A stretch of 64,000 nt of DNA from Patescibacteria group bacterium (GTDB taxonomy: Bacteria; Patescibacteriota; Microgenomatia; JAMCZE01), in the NCBI GenBank assembly GCA_023485845.1, contig JAMCZE010000010.1:156046-220045 (forward strand). Direction: 5' to 3'. Shown one piece after another: positions 8,961 to 17,332 of this stretch. The first letter of the stretch is position 1, and each line of letters opens with the position of its first letter. The notes below the pieces were generated by a model that was not told the DNA's origin, made no database searches, and saw nothing but the letters and a program-made list of their open reading frames with translations. The translations under genes and the position numbers were made by a program.

Positions 8961-9120
8961 TAATTTCATTTGAAGATTTTGAACGTAAAAAGTTTGAATG
9001 TGTTCCATCCGGGGCTGCTAAGAATAGTCTAGAGCGTATTGACGGCCTTAATTATGGCGTGACTGACAACAGGAACTTTGAAGAGTATTTGATCGGTGGT
9101 GCTATTCCCCACTCAACTCC

Positions 9121-9149
9121 TTGACAATCTTAAAAATACTTCCTACAAT
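9121..9149 (+). promoter_or_regulatory. sigma70-type promoter (TTGACA-17-TACAAT) with a 7-bp dyad operator (TATGAAT-GTAT-ATTCATA) just downstream, ahead of arsR
   Basis: Perfect consensus hexamers at 9121-9126 and 9144-9149. The dyad at 9149-9166 overlaps the arsR start region. Confidence 0.55.
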
Positions 9150-9153
9150 ATGA

Positions 9154-9522
9154 ATGTATATTCATATTATGTCGACAGAAACTAAAAAACTCCAGAAAAT
9201 ATTAAGTCTTATCGCCAATGACAATAAGCTAAAAATTGTCCTTCACCTGGCAAAAGGCGAAGCCTGTGTCTGCGATATGGGGGAAAAATTAGGAATTGAA
9301 CAATCGCTGGTTTCTCATCATCTTAATTCCTTAAAAGAAGCCAGACTGGTTAAGGATCGAAAAATCGGTGCATGGGTGCACTACTCTCTTAATAAGCAGG
9401 AGATGGAAAATTTTTTTCAACTAATTAGCAAACATCTCGGACCGAACAATATTTCCGGCAAAATGTGTTCGGTTCATGAGGCGTGTAAATGTCTGACGGA
9501 AGGAGTCGCGTATGCAACCTAA
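9154..9522 (+). CDS. arsR: ArsR/SmtB-family metalloregulator
   Basis: HTH plus the metal-binding CVCD motif (LAKGEACVCDMGEKLGIEQSLVSHHLNSLKEARLV). The true start may be MSTETKK at 9169. Confidence 0.85.
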   Translation: MYIHIMSTETKKLQKILSLIANDNKLKIVLHLAKGEACVCDMGEKLGIEQSLVSHHLNSLKEARLVKDRKIGAWVHYSLNKQEMENFFQLISKHLGPNNISGKMCSVHEACKCLTEGVAYAT

Positions 9523-9820
9523 ATTTATTATTTATGACCCGCCGATGTGTTGCTCAACCGGTGTCTGCGGACCCAACCCTGATCAATCCCTGATAAAACT
9601 GCAGGATACTCTGGCAGCCCTTAAAAAGTCCGGTTATGAGGTGGAAAGGTATCTTATCACCCAATCCCCGGAGAAATTCAAAGAAAATCCGGAAGTAATA
9701 AAACTAATTCAGGAACAACAATTAAAAGTCCTGCCAATTACTACCATGGACGGGGTAATTGTGAAGACCGGCGGTTATCCGGCATTGGAAGAATTTAAAA
9801 AGTTTGCTGAGAGCAAATAA
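9512..9820 (+). CDS. arsD: ArsD arsenic metallochaperone/repressor
   Basis: N-terminal MCCSTGVCG (vicinal Cys12-Cys13 plus Cys18 signature). About 100 aa. Sits between arsR and arsA. Confidence 0.85.
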   Translation: MQPKFIIYDPPMCCSTGVCGPNPDQSLIKLQDTLAALKKSGYEVERYLITQSPEKFKENPEVIKLIQEQQLKVLPITTMDGVIVKTGGYPALEEFKKFAESK

Positions 9821-9853
9821 ACAGAGTTTGTTTCTCGCTTAGCTCGAAATAAT

Positions 9854-11698
9854 ATGCGGACTAAATTTTATTTTTATTCAGGCAAGGGCGGGGTTGGCAA
9901 AACTACCATGGCCGCCGCCAGTGCTATTCATTTTGCCGCTTCAGGGAAGAAAACACTCATAATTACCACCGATCCCGCTTCAAATTTGGCCGATGTCTTT
10001 GAACAGCCGATTGGTCACAAAGTCACCTCAATTAAAGGAATACCAAACCTTTACGCGATGGAGCTTGATCCGGATATTGCCACGGCGGAATACAAGGAAA
10101 GAACTCTGGCTCCCCTACGGGGGCTTATCCCCGTTGAAAGTTTTGCCGTTCTTGAAGAGCAACTTAATTCCCCCTGCACCGCGGAAATGGCCGCTTTTGA
10201 CCGTTTCACTGATTTCTTAGGGGAATCGGAATATGAAGTTGTCATCTTTGATACGGCACCGACGGGTCACACTCTCCGACTTTTAGAATTGCCGGTTGAA
10301 TGGAGTGGCGTGATTGAAAAAGCTGCCAATGATGGCAGTGGCGGCCAAACCTGTATCGGTCCGGCAGCCGCCCTTGCCGAGTCCAAGGCGAAATTCGACA
10401 GGGCAATCAACGCTATGCGGGATCCCAGGCAAACTGTTTTTGTTTTTGTCCTAAGACCGGAAGTAACCCCCATATACGAAGCCAAAAGATCAATCGCTGA
10501 ACTCTTAAAATTAAAGATCACTTCACAGGAGCTTATCGTCAACAGCATTTACCCTAAAAGTGCCTGTGACAATCCCTTTATGCTCCGACGTTTTGCTAAG
10601 CAACAGGAGTTTTTGCAAAACATCAAAGATGCTTTTTCCATTCCGATTACCCTAATGGAACTTGAGCCGGGGGAAATAAAAGGCGGAAAACTCCTAACAA
10701 TCATCGGAAAAAAACTTTATGAAAAACCGATTATGCTTGCCGACTACACACCGGAAAAGATTGAAATAAAAGGAGACGGAATCACCAATAAATTTCCTAA
10801 GACCGGTAAAAATATCGTCAGCCTTCTGACCCCGAAAAACGGCAACAGACGAACGATATTTTTCGCCGGGAAAGGTGGTGTCGGCAAAACGTCAGTATCA
10901 GCCGCTACCGCTATTTGGGTCGCTAATCAGGGCTATAAAACTCTGCTTTTAACCACCGATCCGGCTTCCCACCTGGGTCAGATCTTTGAAACAGAAGTAA
11001 CCGATAAACCCACTCCAATTAAAGATCAACCAAACCTTTTTGTTACCAGGATTGATGCCCAAAAAGCCACCCGGGAATATAAGGAAAAAATTCTCGCTGA
11101 AGCCCGCCGGAAGTTTGATCAAAACCGGGTGATGGCCATTGAAGAAGAGCTAAACTCCCCCTGCACGGAAGAGATGGCGACTTTTGAAAAGTTTATTGAG
11201 TTTGCCACACTAAAAGATTTTCAGGTGGTCGTTTTTGACACCGCCCCCACCGGCCACACTCTCCGCCTGTTGGAATTACCGGTTGACTGGAATAAGCAGC
11301 TGGAAATCAAAACCTTTACCTCGACTGGGGAAACCGAGGTGGACAAAATCACTAAATCCCGCTTCAAAGAGGTTATCGACATGATGCAGGACATTGAAAA
11401 AACGACTTTCAGTTTTGTCATGTATCCCGAGTCCACGCCGATTGAGGAAGCCAGCCGGGCAATGAAGGAACTTCTGACCATCGGCGTCCCAACGGGACTG
11501 GTGGTAGCTAACTTTATTCTGCCGGATTCGATTGTTACCAATGACTACCTTAAGAAGCGTAAGGCGATGCAGGACAAATACCTTAAAGAGATGGATACCC
11601 GCTTTACCGCTCCCATTGTAAAGCTGTCTCTTCTGCCTGATGATTTAATTGGCAAAGATAAATTAGAAGAAGCCGGTTATTTACTTTATGGAAAATAA
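9854..11698 (+). CDS. arsA: ArsA arsenite-stimulated ATPase (two homologous halves)
   Basis: Two P-loops (GKGGVGKTT, GKGGVGKTS) and two DTAPTGHTLRLL signature sequences. 614 aa. Confidence 0.95.
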   Translation: MRTKFYFYSGKGGVGKTTMAAASAIHFAASGKKTLIITTDPASNLADVFEQPIGHKVTSIKGIPNLYAMELDPDIATAEYKERTLAPLRGLIPVESFAVLEEQLNSPCTAEMAAFDRFTDFLGESEYEVVIFDTAPTGHTLRLLELPVEWSGVIEKAANDGSGGQTCIGPAAALAESKAKFDRAINAMRDPRQTVFVFVLRPEVTPIYEAKRSIAELLKLKITSQELIVNSIYPKSACDNPFMLRRFAKQQEFLQNIKDAFSIPITLMELEPGEIKGGKLLTIIGKKLYEKPIMLADYTPEKIEIKGDGITNKFPKTGKNIVSLLTPKNGNRRTIFFAGKGGVGKTSVSAATAIWVANQGYKTLLLTTDPASHLGQIFETEVTDKPTPIKDQPNLFVTRIDAQKATREYKEKILAEARRKFDQNRVMAIEEELNSPCTEEMATFEKFIEFATLKDFQVVVFDTAPTGHTLRLLELPVDWNKQLEIKTFTSTGETEVDKITKSRFKEVIDMMQDIEKTTFSFVMYPESTPIEEASRAMKELLTIGVPTGLVVANFILPDSIVTNDYLKKRKAMQDKYLKEMDTRFTAPIVKLSLLPDDLIGKDKLEEAGYLLYGK

Positions 11699-12059
11699 TA
11701 TGAACGATTTTAATCAAAAGGTTAATGATTTTACTACCCTTATTCTGGAAACCCCCGAGTTTGCAGAACTCAAAGCAGCCACAGAAGAATTAAAAAAAGA
11801 TCCAAAGGCGACAAAACTAATAGACGACGTTCAAGCTAAAAAAGAAACAGTTATGACTTTACAGCAAACTGGATTACCAGTTTCCAAAAACCAGGAGCTT
11901 GATTTACAAGATGCTTTTGCCAACATGCGTTCCAACCCTACCTGTATGCGGCTTATTAAAGCCCAAAACGCTGCTATCCAAATAGCTAGAAAAGTATGCA
12001 ATCGGTTGACAGTGGCAACGGGAATACCCTTCTCCAGGGGCGGCGGTTGTTGCGGATAA
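11688..12059 (+). CDS. YlbF/YheA (UPF0342)-like helical protein with a C-terminal GGGCCG tail
   Basis: 123 aa. Helical pattern resembles the YlbF family. It ends in RGGGCCG, a vicinal Cys pair. Overlaps the arsA stop. Confidence 0.45.
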   Translation: MENNMNDFNQKVNDFTTLILETPEFAELKAATEELKKDPKATKLIDDVQAKKETVMTLQQTGLPVSKNQELDLQDAFANMRSNPTCMRLIKAQNAAIQIARKVCNRLTVATGIPFSRGGGCCG

Positions 12060-12063
12060 TTTT

Positions 12064-12546
12064 ATGCACAAATTTTATAAACTCCAATCGTTAGTTCTGC
12101 TCGCCGGGACAATTTTTGTCTGGTTCACGGTTTATACTGATTTCAGTCGATTTTATAAATTCTATGGCTCTTTAACCCGTATACAAAATTGCGTTATCCC
12201 CAACCCCATAACTACGCCATGTTTTTATGGTGCCTTTGCTTTCTTAATTGCTTTTATTTGGTCACTGTTTATCCTCAAAAAGAAAGTTGAAGAAAGATTG
12301 CCCCAGGAAATTAAACTAAGAATCCTTTTGATCGCTTCTACAATTTTCGCTTGGAGCAACTTTTTCTTGGGAATCAATCAATATTATTCTGCTATAAGCG
12401 GCCCAAAAGTTTCTTGTTCCGGAGTACCGACAAATAACCCCATTCTCACTGCTTGTTTTTTTGGTTCGATTATATTTTTGATAGCTCTTGCCGTTTCAAT
12501 AACTATTATCCGTAGCAATAGGCATTCTGCTGATAGTAGTTGCTAA
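12064..12546 (+). CDS. small 4-TM membrane protein with an internally duplicated TM-(Cys-x10-12-Cys loop)-TM unit
   Basis: 160 aa. Loops CVIPNPITTPCFYG and CSGVPTNNPILTACFFG each sit between two hydrophobic helices. Confidence 0.5.
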   Translation: MHKFYKLQSLVLLAGTIFVWFTVYTDFSRFYKFYGSLTRIQNCVIPNPITTPCFYGAFAFLIAFIWSLFILKKKVEERLPQEIKLRILLIASTIFAWSNFFLGINQYYSAISGPKVSCSGVPTNNPILTACFFGSIIFLIALAVSITIIRSNRHSADSSC

Positions 12547-12596
12547 CGTAGTTCACTAGGGACTGCCATTTTTCTAGGCACGATTTTAATATCAAA

Positions 12597-13775
12597 CTAC
12601 ATTAGGCCCGCAAAAGGAATCGAACTAATAAAACTTTTTTCCAGAATATCTAGCCCTCTATTTAAGTTTCTATTGCTAATTATCGCTGGTGGAAAAATAT
12701 CAATTACTCTTTCGTTAAGAGCCTCAATAACTAGCCCGTTTTCCAAACATTTATCAGCTATTTTCTTGGCCAATCCGTCTCGTTCAAACTCTATGAATGT
12801 TGCTAAACCTTTGCTGCGAATAGTACTCCCACTGGGTAAGTTCATACTTAAAAGTCTTTTATTAATAATTAAATTTAGTGAATTTACTTTTCCCAAAATA
12901 CTTTGTTTGTTTTTTAAAAAGTATTTTAGATATGCTAGCGTGATATCCACGTTAAGTGGTTGCCATGCAAATGTTGAATAATAGCTAAATTCAAATTCCA
13001 TCGTTTTCGCCAGTTTTTGATTCATAAGAGTTGCTCCTAAAACGGCATTCCCACCCGTTAATCCCTTTCCCAAACAAACAATATCTGGGAACAAATCAAA
13101 GTATTCTGAAGCAAACATTTTACCCGTTCGACCAAACCCTGTAGCTACCTCATCAATGATAAAAACAGTGCCATATTTTTTACAGGATTCCTGAACTAAT
13201 TGAAAATATTCTTTGCTTGGCTCAACTAGTCCGTTATTAAATATAAACGGTTCGGAAATGTAAGCAGCAATATCTCCCTTATTTATTCTATTAGCTACTT
13301 TTTGTCCAATTTTTCTATCTAGCTGCCCTTTAACCTTTTCGCAGGGCCACAAATGCGGAAATAAATCTTTGTAATGGGAAAACCCTACACTTAAAGCGGC
13401 TAATGAGTGACCATGATATCCTTCTGGAGAAATAAATTTCGATCTCTTAGTATGAAGGATTGCCGCTTGGAGAGCAATTTCGACAGCTTCGGTACCACCT
13501 GTTGCCCGAAAGACCTTTCCCATTTTTCCCGGCGCAATAGAAATCAGTAACTTAGCCAATTCTTCCCATGGTTCGTAAGAGAAGTTTGGATCAACGTAGG
13601 TCGGGCCAAGAAAGTTTTTTCTGGCACTTTGTACTTCCGGGAGACTCCAACCTAAGATACCGCACCAGTTAGTAGAGAAATCAATATATTTCTTGCCAGA
13701 AACGTCGAACAAGTTCTCCCCCTTGGCAGATTTAACATTAATTCTTCTTGCCGGAACATCTCGACCTAAATACAT
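12597..13775 (-). CDS. class III PLP-dependent aminotransferase
   Basis: Motifs DEVATGFGRTGKMFA and LGKGLTGG (PLP-lysine region). 392 aa. Confidence 0.85.
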   Translation of the reverse strand: MYLGRDVPARRINVKSAKGENLFDVSGKKYIDFSTNWCGILGWSLPEVQSARKNFLGPTYVDPNFSYEPWEELAKLLISIAPGKMGKVFRATGGTEAVEIALQAAILHTKRSKFISPEGYHGHSLAALSVGFSHYKDLFPHLWPCEKVKGQLDRKIGQKVANRINKGDIAAYISEPFIFNNGLVEPSKEYFQLVQESCKKYGTVFIIDEVATGFGRTGKMFASEYFDLFPDIVCLGKGLTGGNAVLGATLMNQKLAKTMEFEFSYYSTFAWQPLNVDITLAYLKYFLKNKQSILGKVNSLNLIINKRLLSMNLPSGSTIRSKGLATFIEFERDGLAKKIADKCLENGLVIEALNERVIDIFPPAIISNRNLNRGLDILEKSFISSIPFAGLM

Positions 13776-13906
13776 AAATCACAATAAGGCCTATTCTATC
13801 ATTTACCTTGGTAACAAGTTGCTGACATAGTTTATTAGGGTCTGCCAATTTTCTAGGCACGATTTTCGTAACAAACAACGTCAGACCCGCAAGAGGAATC
13901 GGACTT

Positions 13907-14620
13907 CTAAAAATTTTTACCAGTTCTGGAGATTTCGTCAATGAAACTTAAATTACCTTTAAAGGCTTTAACGATATTGATTTCTCTCATGAAAGCTTCC
14001 TTTGTCTGAAACGGTTTCGTGATGTAATTTTCTACTTCTGCTGCCTTAACCCACTCGTATTTACCTTCCTCACTTTCTACTAATTTACCTTCTGGATTTC
14101 TGAAAACGCATAACGCCAATAATAAATCGTCAAGTAATTCGCTCGTGGCTTCGTCAAGCGTGCAGTAGTGTAAAATTGCCACCACTTCCGGCTCACCGTT
14201 TAATCCTGTTTCTTCAAATAACTCTCTTTTCGCTGCGTCACCAAATCTTTCACCTAATTCCACTTTCCCTGCGGGAAAACCCTGACAACCATAAAATGGG
14301 TGTTTTAATCTAGTGTAAAGTAAAAACTTGGCGCCTTCCTTTTCTTCTTTTACACAGCACACTGCTACCCCAATTTTTGCTTGCTGGCGAATAGTTGCTT
14401 CCCCCAAATCCATACGTGCAGCAAATTTTTTCCCTTGTGTTGTTAAATAATATTTTCCGTCGTTTTTTTGAATACGACCTAATTTAATAAGCTGGTCCAA
14501 ATGAAACTGAAACTGGTTATTACCCATATCTTTATCTGGCTTAAGCTTGGTATAAGAGAGAGGCTGTTCGAAGGCAAGTTTCTTAATTATCTCAAGTTGG
14601 GTCTTATGTATATTCTCCAT
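13907..14620 (-). CDS. NUDIX hydrolase with an N-terminal winged-helix DNA-binding domain
   Basis: Nudix box GFPAGKVELGERFGDAAKRELFEETGL in the C-terminal half. The N-terminal roughly 90 aa is wHTH-like. Confidence 0.7.
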   Translation of the reverse strand: MENIHKTQLEIIKKLAFEQPLSYTKLKPDKDMGNNQFQFHLDQLIKLGRIQKNDGKYYLTTQGKKFAARMDLGEATIRQQAKIGVAVCCVKEEKEGAKFLLYTRLKHPFYGCQGFPAGKVELGERFGDAAKRELFEETGLNGEPEVVAILHYCTLDEATSELLDDLLLALCVFRNPEGKLVESEEGKYEWVKAAEVENYITKPFQTKEAFMREINIVKAFKGNLSFIDEISRTGKNF

Positions 14621-14889
14621 ATAAAGGGATTATACCTTGCTAGCAGCTCATTTCTAGTCTAGCCTTATTGACTACGCAGAAGATACTAGAACCGCCCTGC
14701 ATTTTCTTGGTAGTAGTTACTACTACAGTTCACTGGGATCTACTTGTGCAAGCATTACACAACTATAAACTTTTGAGCACAATAAGTTCGAATGTGTTCC
14801 ATCCAGGGCTGCCAATTTTCACTTTCAGAGTATTTAGCTACTATGTTGAATGGTACTGTCAAGTACCCCTTTTGTTGCACACTCTTTCT

Positions 14890-15654
14890 CTAAACCCGGC
14901 TTAGAAATTTTGCCTTGAATTTGACCGGGGAAGTCTTGAGCTTGGTGTGGATCCTCTCGTGGTTGTAATAGTTGATGGTTTTGTGAATAGCCTCCACAAA
15001 CTCGCCGATCGTCTCAAATCTTTCAAATTCCAATCCTAAGTCTGTTTTAAAGTTGTCGTAGAAGGATTCCTGGTAACCGTTCTCCCAAGGACTGGCTTTA
15101 GCAGACATGCTCACCTGGATTCCCAGGCCTTCTAAAAAGTTGGTGTAATCCTTCGAGTTGTACTCGGCTCCCTGATCAGTGTGAGCCACTACTGGTTTAC
15201 CCACTGTTTTAATGGCATCCAAGAAAGCCTCAAGAACCAACTCTGTAGTGTGCCTGGTGGAAATTGACCAGCCAACAATTTCCCGGGTAAACAGATCCAT
15301 AAAAGTGGCTAGGTAAATAATCCTCTGGTTCCAGGCTAGCCGGGTAAAATCCCCGGCAAAATAGACTCGGGGTTTGATGGGACAACTACCCTTAATTAGA
15401 TTGGGAAACTTTGACAGTGGATTTCCCCAATCTTTCTTTTTTGTCCACCTGGCCTTTCTCTTGTAGGGTTTAATCCCAAATAATTTCATCACTCGTCTGA
15501 CTCGTTTCTTCCCGATTTCCAAAGCCAAAGCTACTCTCCGGTGGCCATAACTAGGATTAGTTTCCAAGATCTTAAGGATTTGCTCTTTTAGAGCCGAATC
15601 TTTTGTCCCTTGCCTAAGGTTGTCGGTGTAAAGATTTCTTCGGGAGATGCCCAA
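14890..15654 (-). CDS. IS3-family transposase OrfB (DDE integrase core)
   Basis: rve-type core: D in HTDQGAEY, E in SPWENGYQESF. The frame is open upstream to the A-run. The track start is TTG. Confidence 0.85.
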   Translation of the reverse strand: MGISRRNLYTDNLRQGTKDSALKEQILKILETNPSYGHRRVALALEIGKKRVRRVMKLFGIKPYKRKARWTKKKDWGNPLSKFPNLIKGSCPIKPRVYFAGDFTRLAWNQRIIYLATFMDLFTREIVGWSISTRHTTELVLEAFLDAIKTVGKPVVAHTDQGAEYNSKDYTNFLEGLGIQVSMSAKASPWENGYQESFYDNFKTDLGLEFERFETIGEFVEAIHKTINYYNHERIHTKLKTSPVKFKAKFLSRV

Positions 15655-15706
15655 AGAATTGGAAATAAGGGACTTGGGTATTTGAGGAAGCTTGGCTTCG
15701 ACAATT

Positions 15707-15961
15707 TTACCTAAGTTTCTTTTTTTTTACCTTCTCCACTTCCAGAGACAAAACCCCAATGATCTCCTTTAGTTGCCGGTTCTCTTTTTTAAGTCTCAGG
15801 TGCTCAATCCAGCTGACTTTGTTGGTGGTGTTCCACCTAAGCCAGCCATAAATGGTTTTGGGGGAGATTCCGTAAGTTTGGGCCAGAGTGGCGGCAGATT
15901 CCCCGGATTTAATCTTGGCCAGGACCTCCTCTTTGACCTCTTTGGCAATAGCGGTTTTCAA
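15707..15961 (-). CDS. IS3-family transposase OrfA (HTH plus leucine zipper)
   Basis: 84 aa, HTH (LAQTYGISPKTIYGWLRW). It ends in the A9G slippery run GTAAAAAAAAAG. Confidence 0.85.
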   Translation of the reverse strand: MKTAIAKEVKEEVLAKIKSGESAATLAQTYGISPKTIYGWLRWNTTNKVSWIEHLRLKKENRQLKEIIGVLSLEVEKVKKKKLR

Positions 15962-16011
15962 AAATATTCACCCCCTTAAATAAGTGTCCTTAGTTTACAG
16001 ACACTGTGTGC

Positions 16012-16040
16012 ATTTTAAGGGGTACCTGTCCTACTGTCAA
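16012..16040 (-). promoter_or_regulatory. junction promoter formed by the abutted IS3 ends: TTGACA (16040-16035), 17-nt spacer, TAAAAT (16017-16012), reading toward orfA of copy A
   Basis: The -35 hexamer lies in the end of copy B and the -10 hexamer in the end of copy A. The 17-nt spacer was read directly from the sequence. Confidence 0.6.
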
Positions 16041-16067
16041 GTACCCCTTTTGTTGCACACTCTTTCT

Positions 16068-16832
16068 CTAAACCCGGCTTAGAAATTTTGCCTTGAATTT
16101 GACCGGGGAAGTCTTGAGCTTGGTGTGGATCCTCTCGTGGTTGTAATAGTTGATGGTTTTGTGAATAGCCTCCACAAACTCGCCGATCGTCTCAAATCTT
16201 TCAAATTCCAATCCTAAGTCTGTTTTAAAGTTGTCGTAGAAGGATTCCTGGTAACCGTTCTCCCAAGGACTGGCTTTAGCAGACATGCTCACCTGGATTC
16301 CCAGGCCTTCTAAAAAGTTGGTGTAATCCTTCGAGTTGTACTCGGCTCCCTGATCAGTGTGAGCCACTACTGGTTTACCCACTGTTTTAATGGCATCCAA
16401 GAAAGCCTCAAGAACCAACTCTGTAGTGTGCCTGGTGGAAATTGACCAGCCAACAATTTCCCGGGTAAACAGATCCATAAAAGTGGCTAGGTAAATAATC
16501 CTCTGGTTCCAGGCTAGCCGGGTAAAATCCCCGGCAAAATAGACTCGGGGTTTGATGGGACAACTACCCTTAATTAGATTGGGAAACTTTGACAGTGGAT
16601 TTCCCCAATCTTTCTTTTTTGTCCACCTGGCCTTTCTCTTGTAGGGTTTAATCCCAAATAATTTCATCACTCGTCTGACTCGTTTCTTCCCGATTTCCAA
16701 AGCCAAAGCTACTCTCCGGTGGCCATAACTAGGATTAGTTTCCAAGATCTTAAGGATTTGCTCTTTTAGAGCCGAATCTTTTGTCCCTTGCCTAAGGTTG
16801 TCGGTGTAAAGATTTCTTCGGGAGATGCCCAA
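16068..16832 (-). CDS. IS3-family transposase OrfB (copy B)
   Basis: Identical to 14890-15654. Confidence 0.85.
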   Translation of the reverse strand: MGISRRNLYTDNLRQGTKDSALKEQILKILETNPSYGHRRVALALEIGKKRVRRVMKLFGIKPYKRKARWTKKKDWGNPLSKFPNLIKGSCPIKPRVYFAGDFTRLAWNQRIIYLATFMDLFTREIVGWSISTRHTTELVLEAFLDAIKTVGKPVVAHTDQGAEYNSKDYTNFLEGLGIQVSMSAKASPWENGYQESFYDNFKTDLGLEFERFETIGEFVEAIHKTINYYNHERIHTKLKTSPVKFKAKFLSRV

Positions 16833-16884
16833 AGAATTGGAAATAAGGGACTTGGGTATTTGAGGAAGCTTGGCTTCGACAATT

Positions 16885-17139
16885 TTACCTAAGTTTCTTT
16901 TTTTTTACCTTCTCCACTTCCAGAGACAAAACCCCAATGATCTCCTTTAGTTGCCGGTTCTCTTTTTTAAGTCTCAGGTGCTCAATCCAGCTGACTTTGT
17001 TGGTGGTGTTCCACCTAAGCCAGCCATAAATGGTTTTGGGGGAGATTCCGTAAGTTTGGGCCAGAGTGGCGGCAGATTCCCCGGATTTAATCTTGGCCAG
17101 GACCTCCTCTTTGACCTCTTTGGCAATAGCGGTTTTCAA
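16885..17139 (-). CDS. IS3-family transposase OrfA (copy B)
   Basis: Identical to 15707-15961. Confidence 0.85.
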   Translation of the reverse strand: MKTAIAKEVKEEVLAKIKSGESAATLAQTYGISPKTIYGWLRWNTTNKVSWIEHLRLKKENRQLKEIIGVLSLEVEKVKKKKLR

Positions 17140-17332
17140 AAATATTCACCCCCTTAAATAAGTGTCCTTAGTTTACAGACACTGTGTGCATTTTAAGGGG
17201 TACCTGTCCACTTTATAAAGATAATGCAACCATAAGGCAAGCGGATTTCCCATTGTTAATTGATGTTTTTTTTGAAAATGCTAAGCCTAATATCCAAAAA
17301 CTTTTGGCTGTAGAAGCAGAAATTATTAGAGA

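Larger units (their letters stand above)
14857..16031 (-). mobile_element. IS3-family insertion sequence, copy A (1175 bp)
   Basis: Identical to 16035-17209. Imperfect terminal inverted repeats (TGTCAAGTACCCCTT / AAGGGGTACCTGTCC). orfA plus orfB arrangement. The triplet tac sits before copy A and between the two copies. Confidence 0.85.
16035..17209 (-). mobile_element. IS3-family insertion sequence, copy B (1175 bp), directly abutting copy A
   Basis: Sequence-identical duplicate, offset 1178 bp. Confidence 0.85.

Noticed and set aside
9993-11541. Antisense and out-of-frame ORFs inside arsA (9993-10220, 10051-10245, 10267-10548, 11221-11541)
   Set aside because: They are embedded in a gene with unambiguous duplicated P-loop and DTAPTGH motifs and have no features of their own.
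12557-13905. 70-bp flanking repeats considered as tRNA 3' halves or integron attC sites
   Set aside because: A TTCGATTCC-like stretch is present, but no acceptor or T-stem pairing can be drawn. No GTTRRRY/RYYYAAC core pair is present either. They are kept as unexplained direct repeats.
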